A DNA stretch of 63,643 nt, filler included, from Vannella sp. (Eukaryota): the NCBI GenBank assembly GCA_023345925.1. It is 6 parts of 6 records of this genome, joined end to end, with 100 filler letters (N's around TTAATTAATTAA, not from the genome) between each part and the next. Parts side by side here need not be neighbours in the genome. Positions count along the whole stretch, not along the records: positions 32,302 to 48,781 come from JAJQQN010000663.1; positions 48,882 to 53,275 come from JAJQQN010000082.1; positions 53,376 to 58,844 come from JAJQQN010000407.1; 3 more parts are not named here. One strand, given 5' to 3'. Of this stretch, positions 45,701-55,688 are shown one piece after another (position 1 is the first letter of the stretch; the number at the start of each line of letters is the position of its first letter). The notes under the pieces are model-generated. The model ran no database searches and was not told the origin of the DNA. It worked only from the letters and a program-made list of their open reading frames with translations. Both the position numbers and the translations under genes were made by a program.

Positions 45701-47818
45701 GCATGCGAAAGCATTGGGAAGGACATCAAACTTGACTTCCGATGGGATTTTATCCAACAAGATATCTTTCTCTCTTTGGGACCAAAGAGGATCGTCCAAA
45801 TCATCCAAAACCTCACTCAAAACCTCCCTCAAGCCCTCTTCCACCGTGGCTTAGTGGCTGTATGCAGCCATCCCATCGGGCGTCAGAACATTCATGAGCA
45901 CATCCATCAAATCGTCATCAACTTTAGCCCTTCAAGAGGAGATCAAGAAGACTCGCAAATGAGCGTGGAAGGAAACACTCTTCAATTGCGTGTGACTGAG
46001 TCAAGTTTAGAGAATGCCATTCAGAGTCGTTACAAAGAACGAATTGAGTTCGAATACGACCTCATTGTCGCTATTGCCAAAGATAATGCGATTGGAGCTC
46101 TGCATTCTGTTCAAAATCAACTTCAGGAGCTACTCAAGCGCCCCACCCCAATCTGGATTTCAATTGAGAACTTTACCTCCTTGCCTGCCTTCCGCAACCA
46201 GCCCCCAGCAGATCAAGCTGATGTTATAACCGCGCTCTATCGCCAGATTCCATCGAAGGCAATTGCAGATGCTGAAACAGGTTTAATTGCTGCGCTAGCA
46301 ACTGAAGAGATGAGGGAATCATTCAGAACGCAAGTGACTTCCATTCTGCTTTGTACTGATCCTCAAGGGAAGGTCCCTTCAAAAGAAGGAGCAATTACAA
46401 TCACAGAATTGCAGCTGAAGCTAACTTTCAACTTGAATGATCTGCTTTCAGTTGGGTCTTTGAAGAACTGGAAGGAGCGGTTCCTCGACTCTCTGACACT
46501 TCTTGATGAGTATCAGCTGTGGAACGCAAAACGCAAGAGGAGTCCTATCGAACAGGAACTCAGAACTGCTTTACAAAATCCGAGTGTGGGAGTCCTTGTG
46601 GACTGGAAGAGTCTTCATAATGCTCCAGAATACCAAGTTCTGTCTCCTACTGACCGATTAGAGGTCCTTTACACATGTCACACTTCAATGCTACGAGACA
46701 CTCTGCTCGGGGACTCTGGCTTTAGTAATGCGAAGGGACTTTGTCAGTTCCCAGAGACAATTTCAGCCCTCAATGAAGCAATAAGCTCCATTCACTTCCA
46801 TGTAGCAGGGGAAAGCACTGTCCAGGCACATTCACGCGAGTTGCACATCAATTACACTTGGGATAATCTATGGAAGAAGACATTCCAGGGTTGTCACGCT
46901 GCTGTGGAACTGGCACTTCATCTGAGACCATTTAAGCAATCTGCAGCAATCGAAAAAGGCAATCAAACGGTAGAACAGCTTTGTAGAACCCTTCCTTTAC
47001 GTCCAAGAGTCATCTGGTCATCATTCGTTGATTCTCTATCTCAAAGGGATTATGTGCAAGTCATTGCAGAGGTGGCCGAGGCTGTTCAACCACTTCTAAT
47101 GGACGCACAAATTCACTCCTTCGGAGATGTGGGACTCTTTGGAATGCTCTCTTCTTCAGCTTCATTCAAGAAAGCCATCTCAGTGTACCAATCCTTGGAG
47201 CTTCACATCGACCCAACCAACTCAATATCAGTGAAATTGGGTCGATCTCGCCGCTTGAACCCTTCAGGCTATCTTGTCCGTCTTCAAGGAGACACTCTGA
47301 TTCTTCAGATGAACTTGGACAATCGGGTGAATCCGTGGGGTTGTGGAAGGGCCTTGCAATTTGCGCTCTGCGAATCAGAAGCACTCTCAATGGAACAGCA
47401 AGCAATCAACGAGATCGCTGAAGATATGACCCGAAGAGAAGAACAAAACCGTTCTCATCAGATCCAGAGAGCCCAAGAACGCAATCAACAGATAACGCAA
47501 GATAATGAAAGGGCTCAGAAGGACTATCAAAGGAAGATGGAAGAGTACCACAAGATGATCAATGAGAAGTGTAACTATTCGCAGTGCACGCAAGGGTATA
47601 GTAAATGCGGTGTGTGCAATGGTCGAGGTCACAACACCAACAACAACCACACAAGCGAGTGCTCTTCTTGTCGTGGGGCAGGAAAGCGACCTTGCAACAA
47701 CTGCAATGGCACTATGAAGCGCCATCAGTCAGTGAATCTTCCATCAGCCCCTAACGCGCGCTCCCTCGAGCCAATACCCACTTTTGGGTCTCTTCCAAAC
47801 TATCGCGATCAAATTTAA
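36737..47818 (+). CDS. Giant (~3,500 aa) PH-domain, tandem-repeat, DnaJ-type zinc-finger protein; at least 10 exons
   Basis: PH domain SGLLLKMGDKGPLKAWRERFF..LYYF..QGYINL|..FFQ|IHTPGRIYNLKA.S.EEMNFWITGI (introns 36951-36997 and 37045-37096). Further introns at 38132-38174, 38478-38528, 38832-38877, 39784-39828, 40132-40177, 41375-41422 and 41726-41776 keep the frame. C-terminal CGVCNGRG..CSSCRGAG..CNNCNG. Confidence 0.85.
38050..43650 (+). repeat. 18 tandem ~100-aa protein repeats (consensus ARxADGSCLEYGLDxHL..GxPxDPRFPERD.EW..LLxEWLExFKS..EA..TIxECE)
   Basis: The EYGL/PYGL core was counted 18 times (one copy degenerate) at a spacing of about 300 coding nt. Confidence 0.9.
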
Positions 47819-48781
47819 ATGCGGAATTACATCCCAATGATCATGATGATTCCCCATGCCTCTTTTTTTTGTTTCGGAAAAACGGGTTTATTAAACAGAA
47901 TCGGGGAAACCGCATTGGGAGGAGCTTTTTTGGCGTGCTTCTAATTCATTAGCCTCTAAGAACTCTGTTAGGAACCAGTAAGCTATTTACATGACGTACC
48001 GTGGAGGCTTTGAAAGAGTTAACGCTCTCCAAAGTCTCCAAGAAACTGGATATCTCCGACATTGGGGCAAACTGTTGGGCGGAAACCAGCCTCCAGTGGG
48101 AGTGATTTTCGGGCTCTTGGAGCAATCTGAAGGTTTGGCAAAGCCACCAAACACTCGTTAGAGGGAACGTGAGGATCCGTGCTGCCATGAAAGGATCGAT
48201 TCTGAATGACTCACTGAGGAGAGAACGGGGATCTCGTCCACATTGCTTCCCTCCACAATGGATCACAATCGATTCAGAATGATGTACTTATGATCGTAGC
48301 AAAATACCCGGAAATGTGCTTATCAGTTCCTGTTGAATTACTTGGATGGTTGAGCTGCATGTGCCAGAAAGTATTTCTCATCATGAATTGGAAAACCTCA
48401 GCTATATTGGGAATCAGATGGAGTAAGAGGGTTGGACGATAAATAAGGAGGAAGTAGAGTCTTTGGCGAAAGAGCTGCAAGAGTGGTCGAAAAGCTCATC
48501 ACGTATCAGGAGGATTCGACCATTTGTATTCGCTTCAAGGAAGGCCAAAAGCCAGCGCTCTTTTGCCGACTCTGAACTTTAAAGAAACCTAGCCGAGGTC
48601 GCAGAGGCTCAAAGGCTAAAGAGAGCAAGCGATGGATCTCTGCCACTTTCCCCTTTGAGCATGTTCCAGAATATCTCAAAAACCCCACTTTTTCGGTAAA
48701 ACTCCAAATTAAACGAAAATAACATTTTATTTTGTGGTGGGGAGGGGAGATGGCCCTGCTTGGTCATGGACCTCCTTTTCA

Positions 48782-48881
48782 NNNNNNNNNNNNNNNNNNN
48801 NNNNNNNNNNNNNNNNNNNNNNNNNTTAATTAATTAANNNNNNNNNNNNNNNNNNNNNNNNNNNNNNNNNNNNNNNNNNNN
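48782..48881. other. Assembly gap with TTAATTAATTAA linker
   Basis: Same 100-nt N/linker structure. Confidence 0.98.
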
Positions 48882-49818
48882 CAACTCCTTCCTCCTCGAG
48901 GACAAAGCGAGAGGTAAACAGGTTGTAGAGCCGTCTGGGGTGGAAGGGCGTTCGAGCTCGATAGATGAAGGAGCTGACTCCGTACTCTTCGGTTTCCGGC
49001 TTGATCTCTTCTTGCAGGCTCCTCAACCAGCCAGCAGCAGTGGAGGCCACTTCAAAATCGAATGTCCTGGTGTTGAGTACCTCTGAGATGTCCACTCGAG
49101 AGTGGTTCGCTTCGATGATCTTTGCGGTTGGATTCAATTGATAGATGACGGCTCTGATCGTCTTCACCTGCTCAGGGGTGGTAAGATCGACCTTGTTGAG
49201 GATAATGACGTTGGCGAACTCGATCTGGTCGCACATAAGCTCGGTCAGGGTTCTCTCATCCTCAGCACTGGACTCTGGGTATTGGTCGCTCACACATTCC
49301 GCAGTGTTAAACGTTGCGAAGAAGTTGAATGCATCAACCACTGTAACGCACGTGTCCAGCCGAGCTACATCTCGCAGAGGAGTGAAAACGGAGGGAGCTT
49401 TCGATTCTTCGTTCTCACTGCCATCTTCCTCCATCTCCTCCTCCTCCTCATTGTCCTTGCTCTCCTCTTTGTCGATGTCGAACGTGAAGGTCTCCGCCAC
49501 TTGCATCGGTTCGGAGATGCCAGTGGACTCGATAATGAGGTAGTCAAAGACTCCCTCTTTAGCAAGAGCAGCGACCTCCACCAACAGGTCTTCTCGGAGA
49601 GTGCAACAGATACACCCGTTCTGCATCTCAACGATCTTCTCCTCCTTTTGAAGGACTCTCGCGTTGTTCACAAAGCTGGCATCAATGTTCAGCTCCGCCA
49701 TATCATTCACGATCACCGCACATCGAAGGTTCTCCTTGTTTTGGAGGATGTGCTTGAGAAGAGTGGTCTTTCCAGCTCCTAGAAAGCCGGAAAGCAGTGT
49801 GACTGGAAGAAGTTCCAT
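48882..49818 (-). CDS. COG0523/CobW-family (YciC-like) G3E GTPase, putative zinc chaperone; 3' end in gap
   Basis: LPVTLLSGFLGAGKTT, VIVNDMAELNID, GCICCTLREDL, IESTGISEP, LDTCVTVVDA, DQIEFANVIILNKVD and PETEEYGVSSFIYRARTPFHP.RL. Confidence 0.95.
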
Positions 49819-49870
49819 TCAAATGATGGTCACTGCCACATGAATCAGCTTTTGAACGAAAATCGTGGCG

Positions 49871-49951
49871 ATGACGAATTACTCGTCATTCCAACGTCAT
49901 AGCTACGAAACATTCGTCACATCCACAAAGAATCCGTCATAAATACGTCAT
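49871..49951. promoter_or_regulatory. Cluster of CGTCA/TGACG motifs upstream of the COG0523 gene
   Basis: Six copies in about 80 nt, including the inverted repeat ATGACGA-N5-TCGTCAT at 49871-49889. Confidence 0.45.
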
Positions 49952-50054
49952 CACCGTGAAAAAGTTGACTTTCTCGGTGATGGAAGCGACGTTTCCTGTC
50001 TAGTTGTTAGATCAAGAAGTATCCAAAGACTGGAAGATGTTTACATTATTTGGC

Positions 50055-52061
50055 TTATTTATCTTTCAGAGTAGTCGGGACAGGGGATGGAGGGACTGAC
50101 AAAGAGCGGACAATTAGAACAAATAAAAAGTAAATGAGGTAAAGTGCAATGAGACTGTTGTACCAGGCTACCAGTGGGGAAAAAATGATTGAGTACCATT
50201 CGTAGGTTCGAATGAGATGGCTGACTATGGAATAGCAATGACGCACTTGGGCGATTCCCCAAATGTACGCAACAATCAAAATAAATGCTCGAGATTTTCG
50301 GGACCTAGCTTGGATGACAGAATGATTTGTTGATCCAGACAGGAAGAAGAGAAACAGGAAGGTACTAATGAAGTTCACCATTTGGAAGCCAGCATACAGA
50401 TGAGTGTCCATTGTTGCGAATCCACCAATAGTGATTCTATTCGGTGCTTCTTTGTATAGATGGACGATTCCCCAGAGGAACATCATTCCGTAGTGTTCAG
50501 GGCTTGATATTTTGCCCATAAACCACGGAAGTATCATCAGAGAGCTCCATGTGACCAACATAGCATTGTAAAGAAGCTCAGATTGTTTGAATTGCAGACA
50601 GCGGCAAAGGAATTGGACTTTCAAACTCTCCAGTCTCCCATTTTGGGGGCGAGTTTCAATGTCAGTTGGGGTCCTACGGATGGCAATCAAGAAGATAACA
50701 ACAATGAGATCAGCAACCACAAATCCCCACACAATAATCTGTTGTAAAGGGCCCAGAAGGATCCATCTGGAGTAGTTCTTCAAAGGCTCAACGGTCCCAT
50801 CCAAAGAGAATTGCTGGGAATGAGAACGCCTTTGTGATAGCGCATCTGTCACTGCAACTTTCAAATGGTGGAGACCTGTAGGATACAGAAAAGGCTTCCA
50901 AGGGATGGAGTAAAGGTGGCTTTTGGTGGGTTTCACTTTGCCTCCCCAAATCCATTTCCCATCAATGAAGACATCAATCGAAGCAATAGGTGTGTTTGAA
51001 AAGGCCAATATGCGGATGTGAGAGGAAGCAGAGCTTCGTTCGAAAGGCTCGTGGCTGGAGAGATATTGAGCATCTTTTGGGTTCGTGATAAGGACAACTG
51101 GCCAAGTGTCTTGTGGCTGGTCTACAAAAGATATCAAACCATGATCTATGGCCATCACTCTGTACATATCGTGGTCCTTAAAGTCTCCTAACTCGAGCTC
51201 AATCAACGAATTAGAATGACGAGCTTGCAGCTTCGGCCCAAAAGCTTGGTGCAAGTGTCCACAAAGATAAATGGAAGCCCTTTTCTTCAGCAAATCAAGC
51301 AGAGTGTGCCCACTGCTGCTTCTCTCGGAGCGAATAAGTGATAAAGGATAATGCCCTGCCACAATGGTGTGATTGTGGCTTCGATGATCCCACAAAGTCC
51401 TCTCTAGAGCATCCAGTTCAAGCGTATTCAAATGCCCGAAGAAATTAAGAGGAGAACGAGCCCCTACGGGCGGACAAGCGTCCAAAGTCACAACAGAATA
51501 GTTACTGAATTGTCCTACAGTATGCGTGAACGTCCGCTTAGCCTCCTGATAGAAGAAACCTGTTACAGAGAACTGAAAGAAAGGATTGCCATCCTTCCGA
51601 ACAGCATTCTTTGGTCCAGTGTCGAAGCAGTCATGGTTTCCTCTCAAATCCACCCAAAAGTTGAAGTCAAAGCGTCCGTGCTTCTCTAAAGCACTACGAT
51701 AGAGCATCCACTCCTCCTCAAACTGCCCACTGGCGACTTGGAAGGCGTACTTGGAGTGGCAAAGGTCGCCCGTGATGATGACGAAGCGGGGATCAATGGC
51801 AGCGAGTGTCTCACCAAGGAAGTGATCAAACCTTCTCACTCGCTCATGCATGGAGTCATTCAGCTTCGTGAGATGGAGATCGGTCACATGCACGAACCAA
51901 GTCAGCTCGTCCTCCTGATCCGTTGGAATGGGAGGCACCAAAGGCTTCAAAGGCAGCCTGTTTACCTTCCCAAAGCTGCCTTCCTCCATCACCAAGGTGA
52001 CCAGCAGCCCCCCGACGACGATCAATAGGGCCAAGCCCTTCCGCAAGGCGGAGCGAGCCAT
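50055..52061 (-). CDS. TMEM62-like metallophosphoesterase with Ig-like domain and C-terminal multi-TM region
   Basis: WFVHVTDLH, ITGDL, WVDLRGNHD, PLNFFG, GHYP, YLCGHLH, LELELGDFK-like motif, WPVVLITNPKD, then several TM helices. Confidence 0.88.
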   Translation of the reverse strand: MARSALRKGLALLIVVGGLLVTLVMEEGSFGKVNRLPLKPLVPPIPTDQEDELTWFVHVTDLHLTKLNDSMHERVRRFDHFLGETLAAIDPRFVIITGDLCHSKYAFQVASGQFEEEWMLYRSALEKHGRFDFNFWVDLRGNHDCFDTGPKNAVRKDGNPFFQFSVTGFFYQEAKRTFTHTVGQFSNYSVVTLDACPPVGARSPLNFFGHLNTLELDALERTLWDHRSHNHTIVAGHYPLSLIRSERSSSGHTLLDLLKKRASIYLCGHLHQAFGPKLQARHSNSLIELELGDFKDHDMYRVMAIDHGLISFVDQPQDTWPVVLITNPKDAQYLSSHEPFERSSASSHIRILAFSNTPIASIDVFIDGKWIWGGKVKPTKSHLYSIPWKPFLYPTGLHHLKVAVTDALSQRRSHSQQFSLDGTVEPLKNYSRWILLGPLQQIIVWGFVVADLIVVIFLIAIRRTPTDIETRPQNGRLESLKVQFLCRCLQFKQSELLYNAMLVTWSSLMILPWFMGKISSPEHYGMMFLWGIVHLYKEAPNRITIGGFATMDTHLYAGFQMVNFISTFLFLFFLSGSTNHSVIQARSRKSRAFILIVAYIWGIAQVRHCYSIVSHLIRTYEWYSIIFSPLVAWYNSLIALYLIYFLFVLIVRSLSVPPSPVPTTLKDK

Positions 52062-52824
52062 GAGCAAATGAGTTTTCTGAAACACGCTCTTTGAGGGGAG
52101 GACACGTGGCAATGCTGGCAATGAATTCCAAACTTTAAATCCTCCTAAAGTATCTTTATCACTTCTTGAATGGTTGTTTTGACAAAACAAAGTTCTGGCA
52201 TGAGTGAATTCACCTCATTAGATTAGTACCGACGGATGGTGGAAGCGTTAAAACGCTTGTAAGGTTGCACTAGATAGTGCGTTAGAAGATACTCAGGATC
52301 TCTAATTCATTGGAACCTTCCAAAGAGTCATTTGAATCAGCAAAAGCTGCAGAAACTAGGAAGAGACTCACGCCCTGAAAGAGGATCTCATCAAAGAGAG
52401 CTGAAAGAGCGGGTGTGTATGATGCTAAGGTTGTGGTTAAAGATCATTGGTATCAACCTTTGAAGCGCCCAACCTTGACATCTACCCCGTAGTTCACCAC
52501 CCACTAAACCTGGCCTTGAGGTTCCCGAATTCTTGATTTCTGCTACGCTCCACTCTCTGGGATGGAAAATTTGTTGAACTTCTACCATTACATCAAGTCT
52601 ACCGAGGAAGCAAGTACTACCAGATCACGTTCCATCTTCTTAGGTGCCTATTCAGTTCTTGGTGTTTTTGGATTCGCTGTGGTGCCTCTCTACTTTCGCT
52701 GTCTCTTGGCTGAAGTCCCTTTTGCTCTCTCCCCCGTCCGCTCTATTGCAGGGATGGGATTGGGCAGCTTCTCGCGAAACTGATAAACAGAAGGAAGAGT
52801 CGATATTCATAGTAATACAACCGC

Positions 52825-53536
52825 TTATTGGACATACATAGATTCGGGTGTGTTGAAGCGGAAGCGCATCGCTCCTGGTCCCAGTTTACCAGGGGACTTG
52901 GGACTGTCAGCTGGGACCAGAGGTGGGGGTGTTGAGAGTTGCTGAGGAGCGTTCGGGATGGAAGAGTAGAAGGAATTACCTTCTTTGGCCATCTGAGCCT
53001 CCAGCGTTGTCTGGTAGAGAGTGTGGCACGAGTACTTGCTGGTGTAGAAGGTAGGGTTTCTCTTCTTTCCAAGGTCCAAGCGAAGAAAGTCTGCGTTCAA
53101 TGTGGTGGAGAAGATCACCCATGCAAGGTAAGGAAGCATCAGAACAGCAGCGAGGAAGGAGACTTGCACAAACAGATAAATGCAATAGATCAGACAAATG
53201 TTCAGGATGGTGATGTTGACAAGCGCAAGGTCCAGGCGCTTGAGGCCAAAGAAGAAGGGACACCAGAGGGAGTTGNNNNNNNNNNNNNNNNNNNNNNNNN
53301 NNNNNNNNNNNNNNNNNNNTTAATTAATTAANNNNNNNNNNNNNNNNNNNNNNNNNNNNNNNNNNNNNNNNNNNNTTTTTGGGCATTCCGTTGGCGCTGG
53401 GGGCGATCGGAAGGTGCGCTTCGGTGGGCTTTGATGTTCTAGTTGTGGCAATCATTCTCAGATCGCCAGAACCGCTCACCGAGGTGGCCTTCTCCCAACC
53501 ATCCCTCCCTGCCTCCTGAAGCGTCTGGTGCTCCAT
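52825..53536 (-). CDS. TspO/MBR (translocator protein) family; interrupted by a gap
   Basis: 53275 downward reads NSLWCPFFFGLKRLDLALVNITIL..AAVLMLPYLAWVIFSTTLN, the TSPO C-terminal signature. The candidate N-terminus is across the gap (ATG at 53536) and is less certain. Confidence 0.8.
53276..53375. other. Assembly gap with TTAATTAATTAA linker
   Basis: Same 100-nt N/linker structure. Confidence 0.98.
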
Positions 53537-53606
53537 TTAAAGACTCAGGGGAGATCACCAAACTGATTTAATAACAATGAAGCATGATGCAACATCAGAG
53601 AAAACC

Positions 53607-55562
53607 TCAGAAGCCCCAATCATCCTTCCACCAAGAGGGAATCAGACCAATCTGACTGTTTCCTTTCACATCTCTGTTCGTGAATCAATTCGTTAGGTCT
53701 TAGTAGCAGGTACACCTCTTACAACTGAGTCAGCTTGACTAGTTTACTAACTCCTTCTGGAATGGGCCCGTTTAGGCCATTGGTCCCCACATATCTGCGA
53801 ATTTAGGGCCCAACCGAGTTAGTCCACGTTTTAGTTGGCCTCGAAACAGAAAGCCCATAATAAAGAACGTCCTTACAGTGCAGTTAAATGAACCAGCTCG
53901 CTGATTCCCTCGGGAATTGGGCCGCTAAGTTGATTGGTGTGGATGAATCTATGAGCAAAAGACCAAACAAGTTACTTCGCCGAAGAGTGTTCCCTACGAC
54001 CAAGAATCAGAAGGACACCGCCAACCTACATTTTTCTCAAATTGATTAATTCACTGATTCCTTTTGGAATGGAACCGCTGAGTTGATTTCTGGCAAAAGA
54101 ACTTTCCTCATACCCTCAGGGATCTTTCCGCTTAGTCGATTCCTGTCCAGATATCTGTTTTCATTGTCTCAGCCAAGTCAAACCACCATGGAGAATGACG
54201 AGGAACAGGACGGAATGGAAATGGCTTACAACTCGGTCAAGTTCACCAGATTGCTGATTCCTTCTGGGATGGGTCCCTCCAATTGATTATTGTGTAGGTA
54301 TCTATTTAAACGGTCCCGCCGAGTCAGGCCACCCATCAGAAAGCGCTTTGACAAGAAACAGAAGAGATTCTCACAACGTGGTCAGGTTATTCAATTCACT
54401 GATTCCTTCTGGGATGGGCCCGTCCAATCTATTAGCGTGTACGTATCTTTGATCAAAAGCCCAGCTAGGTGAGACTAACTGAAGGGCATTGAAGGAGCTA
54501 CTGCTTACAACTCGGTCAGGTCCACAAGTTTGCTGATTCCTTCAGGAATAGGCCCGCTGAGTTGGTTTCTGCTAAAGGACCTTTCATCAAAGACCCAATC
54601 AAGTTAGATCACTTGTCAGTTAGTATCGAGGTCAGGAAGGTGCTCCTTACAATAACCTAAGGTTGACCAGATTGCTGATTCCCTCTGGAAAGGGCCCGCT
54701 CAGTTCATTGGTCGCCAAGTATCTACAAAAGACGCTTATTAGATGCCATTCTATCACTCAGGAAGCAACAAAGCTTGCAAGGAAGAGATGGCTCCTTACA
54801 GCTCTGTCAAATTGACAAGTCGGCCAATTCCTTCAGGGATGGGCCCTGCCAGATGATTATGGTGCAAGTGTCTACAATTAAATACCTGTTAAATCGTTTG
54901 TCAGGATCTTGGTGAAAGACTCTTACAACTCTGTCAGATGAACCAGATTGCTGATTCCTTCTGGTATTGGCCCGCTCAGCTGGTTGGCATGCAAGAATCT
55001 AATGGAGTACGCTTAACCAGATGGAAAGCATCAATACAGGAGGTTTCTTTTGCTCTTACAACTCAGTCATATTGACAAGCTCACTGATTCCTTCGGGAAT
55101 GGGCCCGCTAAGATGATTGTTGCCCAAGTATCTGGGACCGTCTTGGTCAGAGCACCTTGTCGCGGACCCTGGAAGGAAAAAGAGGGAGGCTTCCTCCTTA
55201 CAATAGAGTCAGGCTGACTAGTTCGCTGAACGCGTCAGGGATGGACCCGCTCAGTTCGTTTTCGCTAAAGGATCTTTTCTCAAAAGGCCCAGCCGTGTCA
55301 GACTCCTTGCCAGAAGGCCTTGAAACCAAGGAAAGGCAGTGACACTGCTTACAGCTCTGTCAGATTGACCAAGTTGCTGATTCCATCGGGGATGGGCCCT
55401 TTTAGTTCGCTTTTGTACAAGTATCTTTCATTCATGGCCCAGACAAGTCAGATACTCTTATGAGGGAGTCTAAGCACCCATAAACAGAGTCAATCCGTAC
55501 ATTTCAGAACCTCCTCCCGCCTGAATGGCCTCCTCGAGAAGGTCGAGAGTGAGCGTGGGCAT
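53607..55562 (-). CDS. Leucine-rich-repeat protein (plant-specific-type 24-aa LRR), one LRR per 72-nt exon
   Basis: First exon 55501-55562 (MPTLTLDLLEEAIQAGGGSE). 72-nt exons at 55353-55424, 55202-55273, 55060-55131, 54927-54998, 54800-54871, 54651-54722, 54509-54580, 54375-54446, 54230-54301, 54030-54101, 53877-53948 and 53723-53794. Last exon 53607-53673 (DVKGNSQIGLIPSWWKDDWGF*). Consensus xLxxNxLSGPIPEGISxLVNLTEL. Confidence 0.9.
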
Positions 55563-55688
55563 GGCGGTGACCAGGAGGAAGAGAAAATGACCCTTTTAGA
55601 TGTGAAAGTGGAAGAAATGATCTCTTATTAGTATGAAATGACTCACACGAAGAGGAAGACGACAGAACGCACTGTCCTGACAACCTAA

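Noticed and set aside
49102..49782. Long antisense ORFs over COG0523 (and similar ones over RPB1, PLC and the giant gene)
   Set aside because: Shadow ORFs caused by codon bias of the sense genes.
25031..52061. A metal-homeostasis gene cluster (amidohydrolase, CDF, COG0523, two metallophosphoesterases)
   Set aside because: The genes are spread over 27 kb, interspersed with unrelated genes and gaps, with no shared motif seen. Chance is sufficient to explain it.
52562..52783. 73-aa hydrophobic plus-strand ORF
   Set aside because: No recognisable motif and too short to support without expression data.
53723..55424. Regularly spaced conserved repeats with unique spacers, superficially CRISPR-like
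   Set aside because: The repeats are 72-nt coding LRR exons and the spacers are GT-AG introns.
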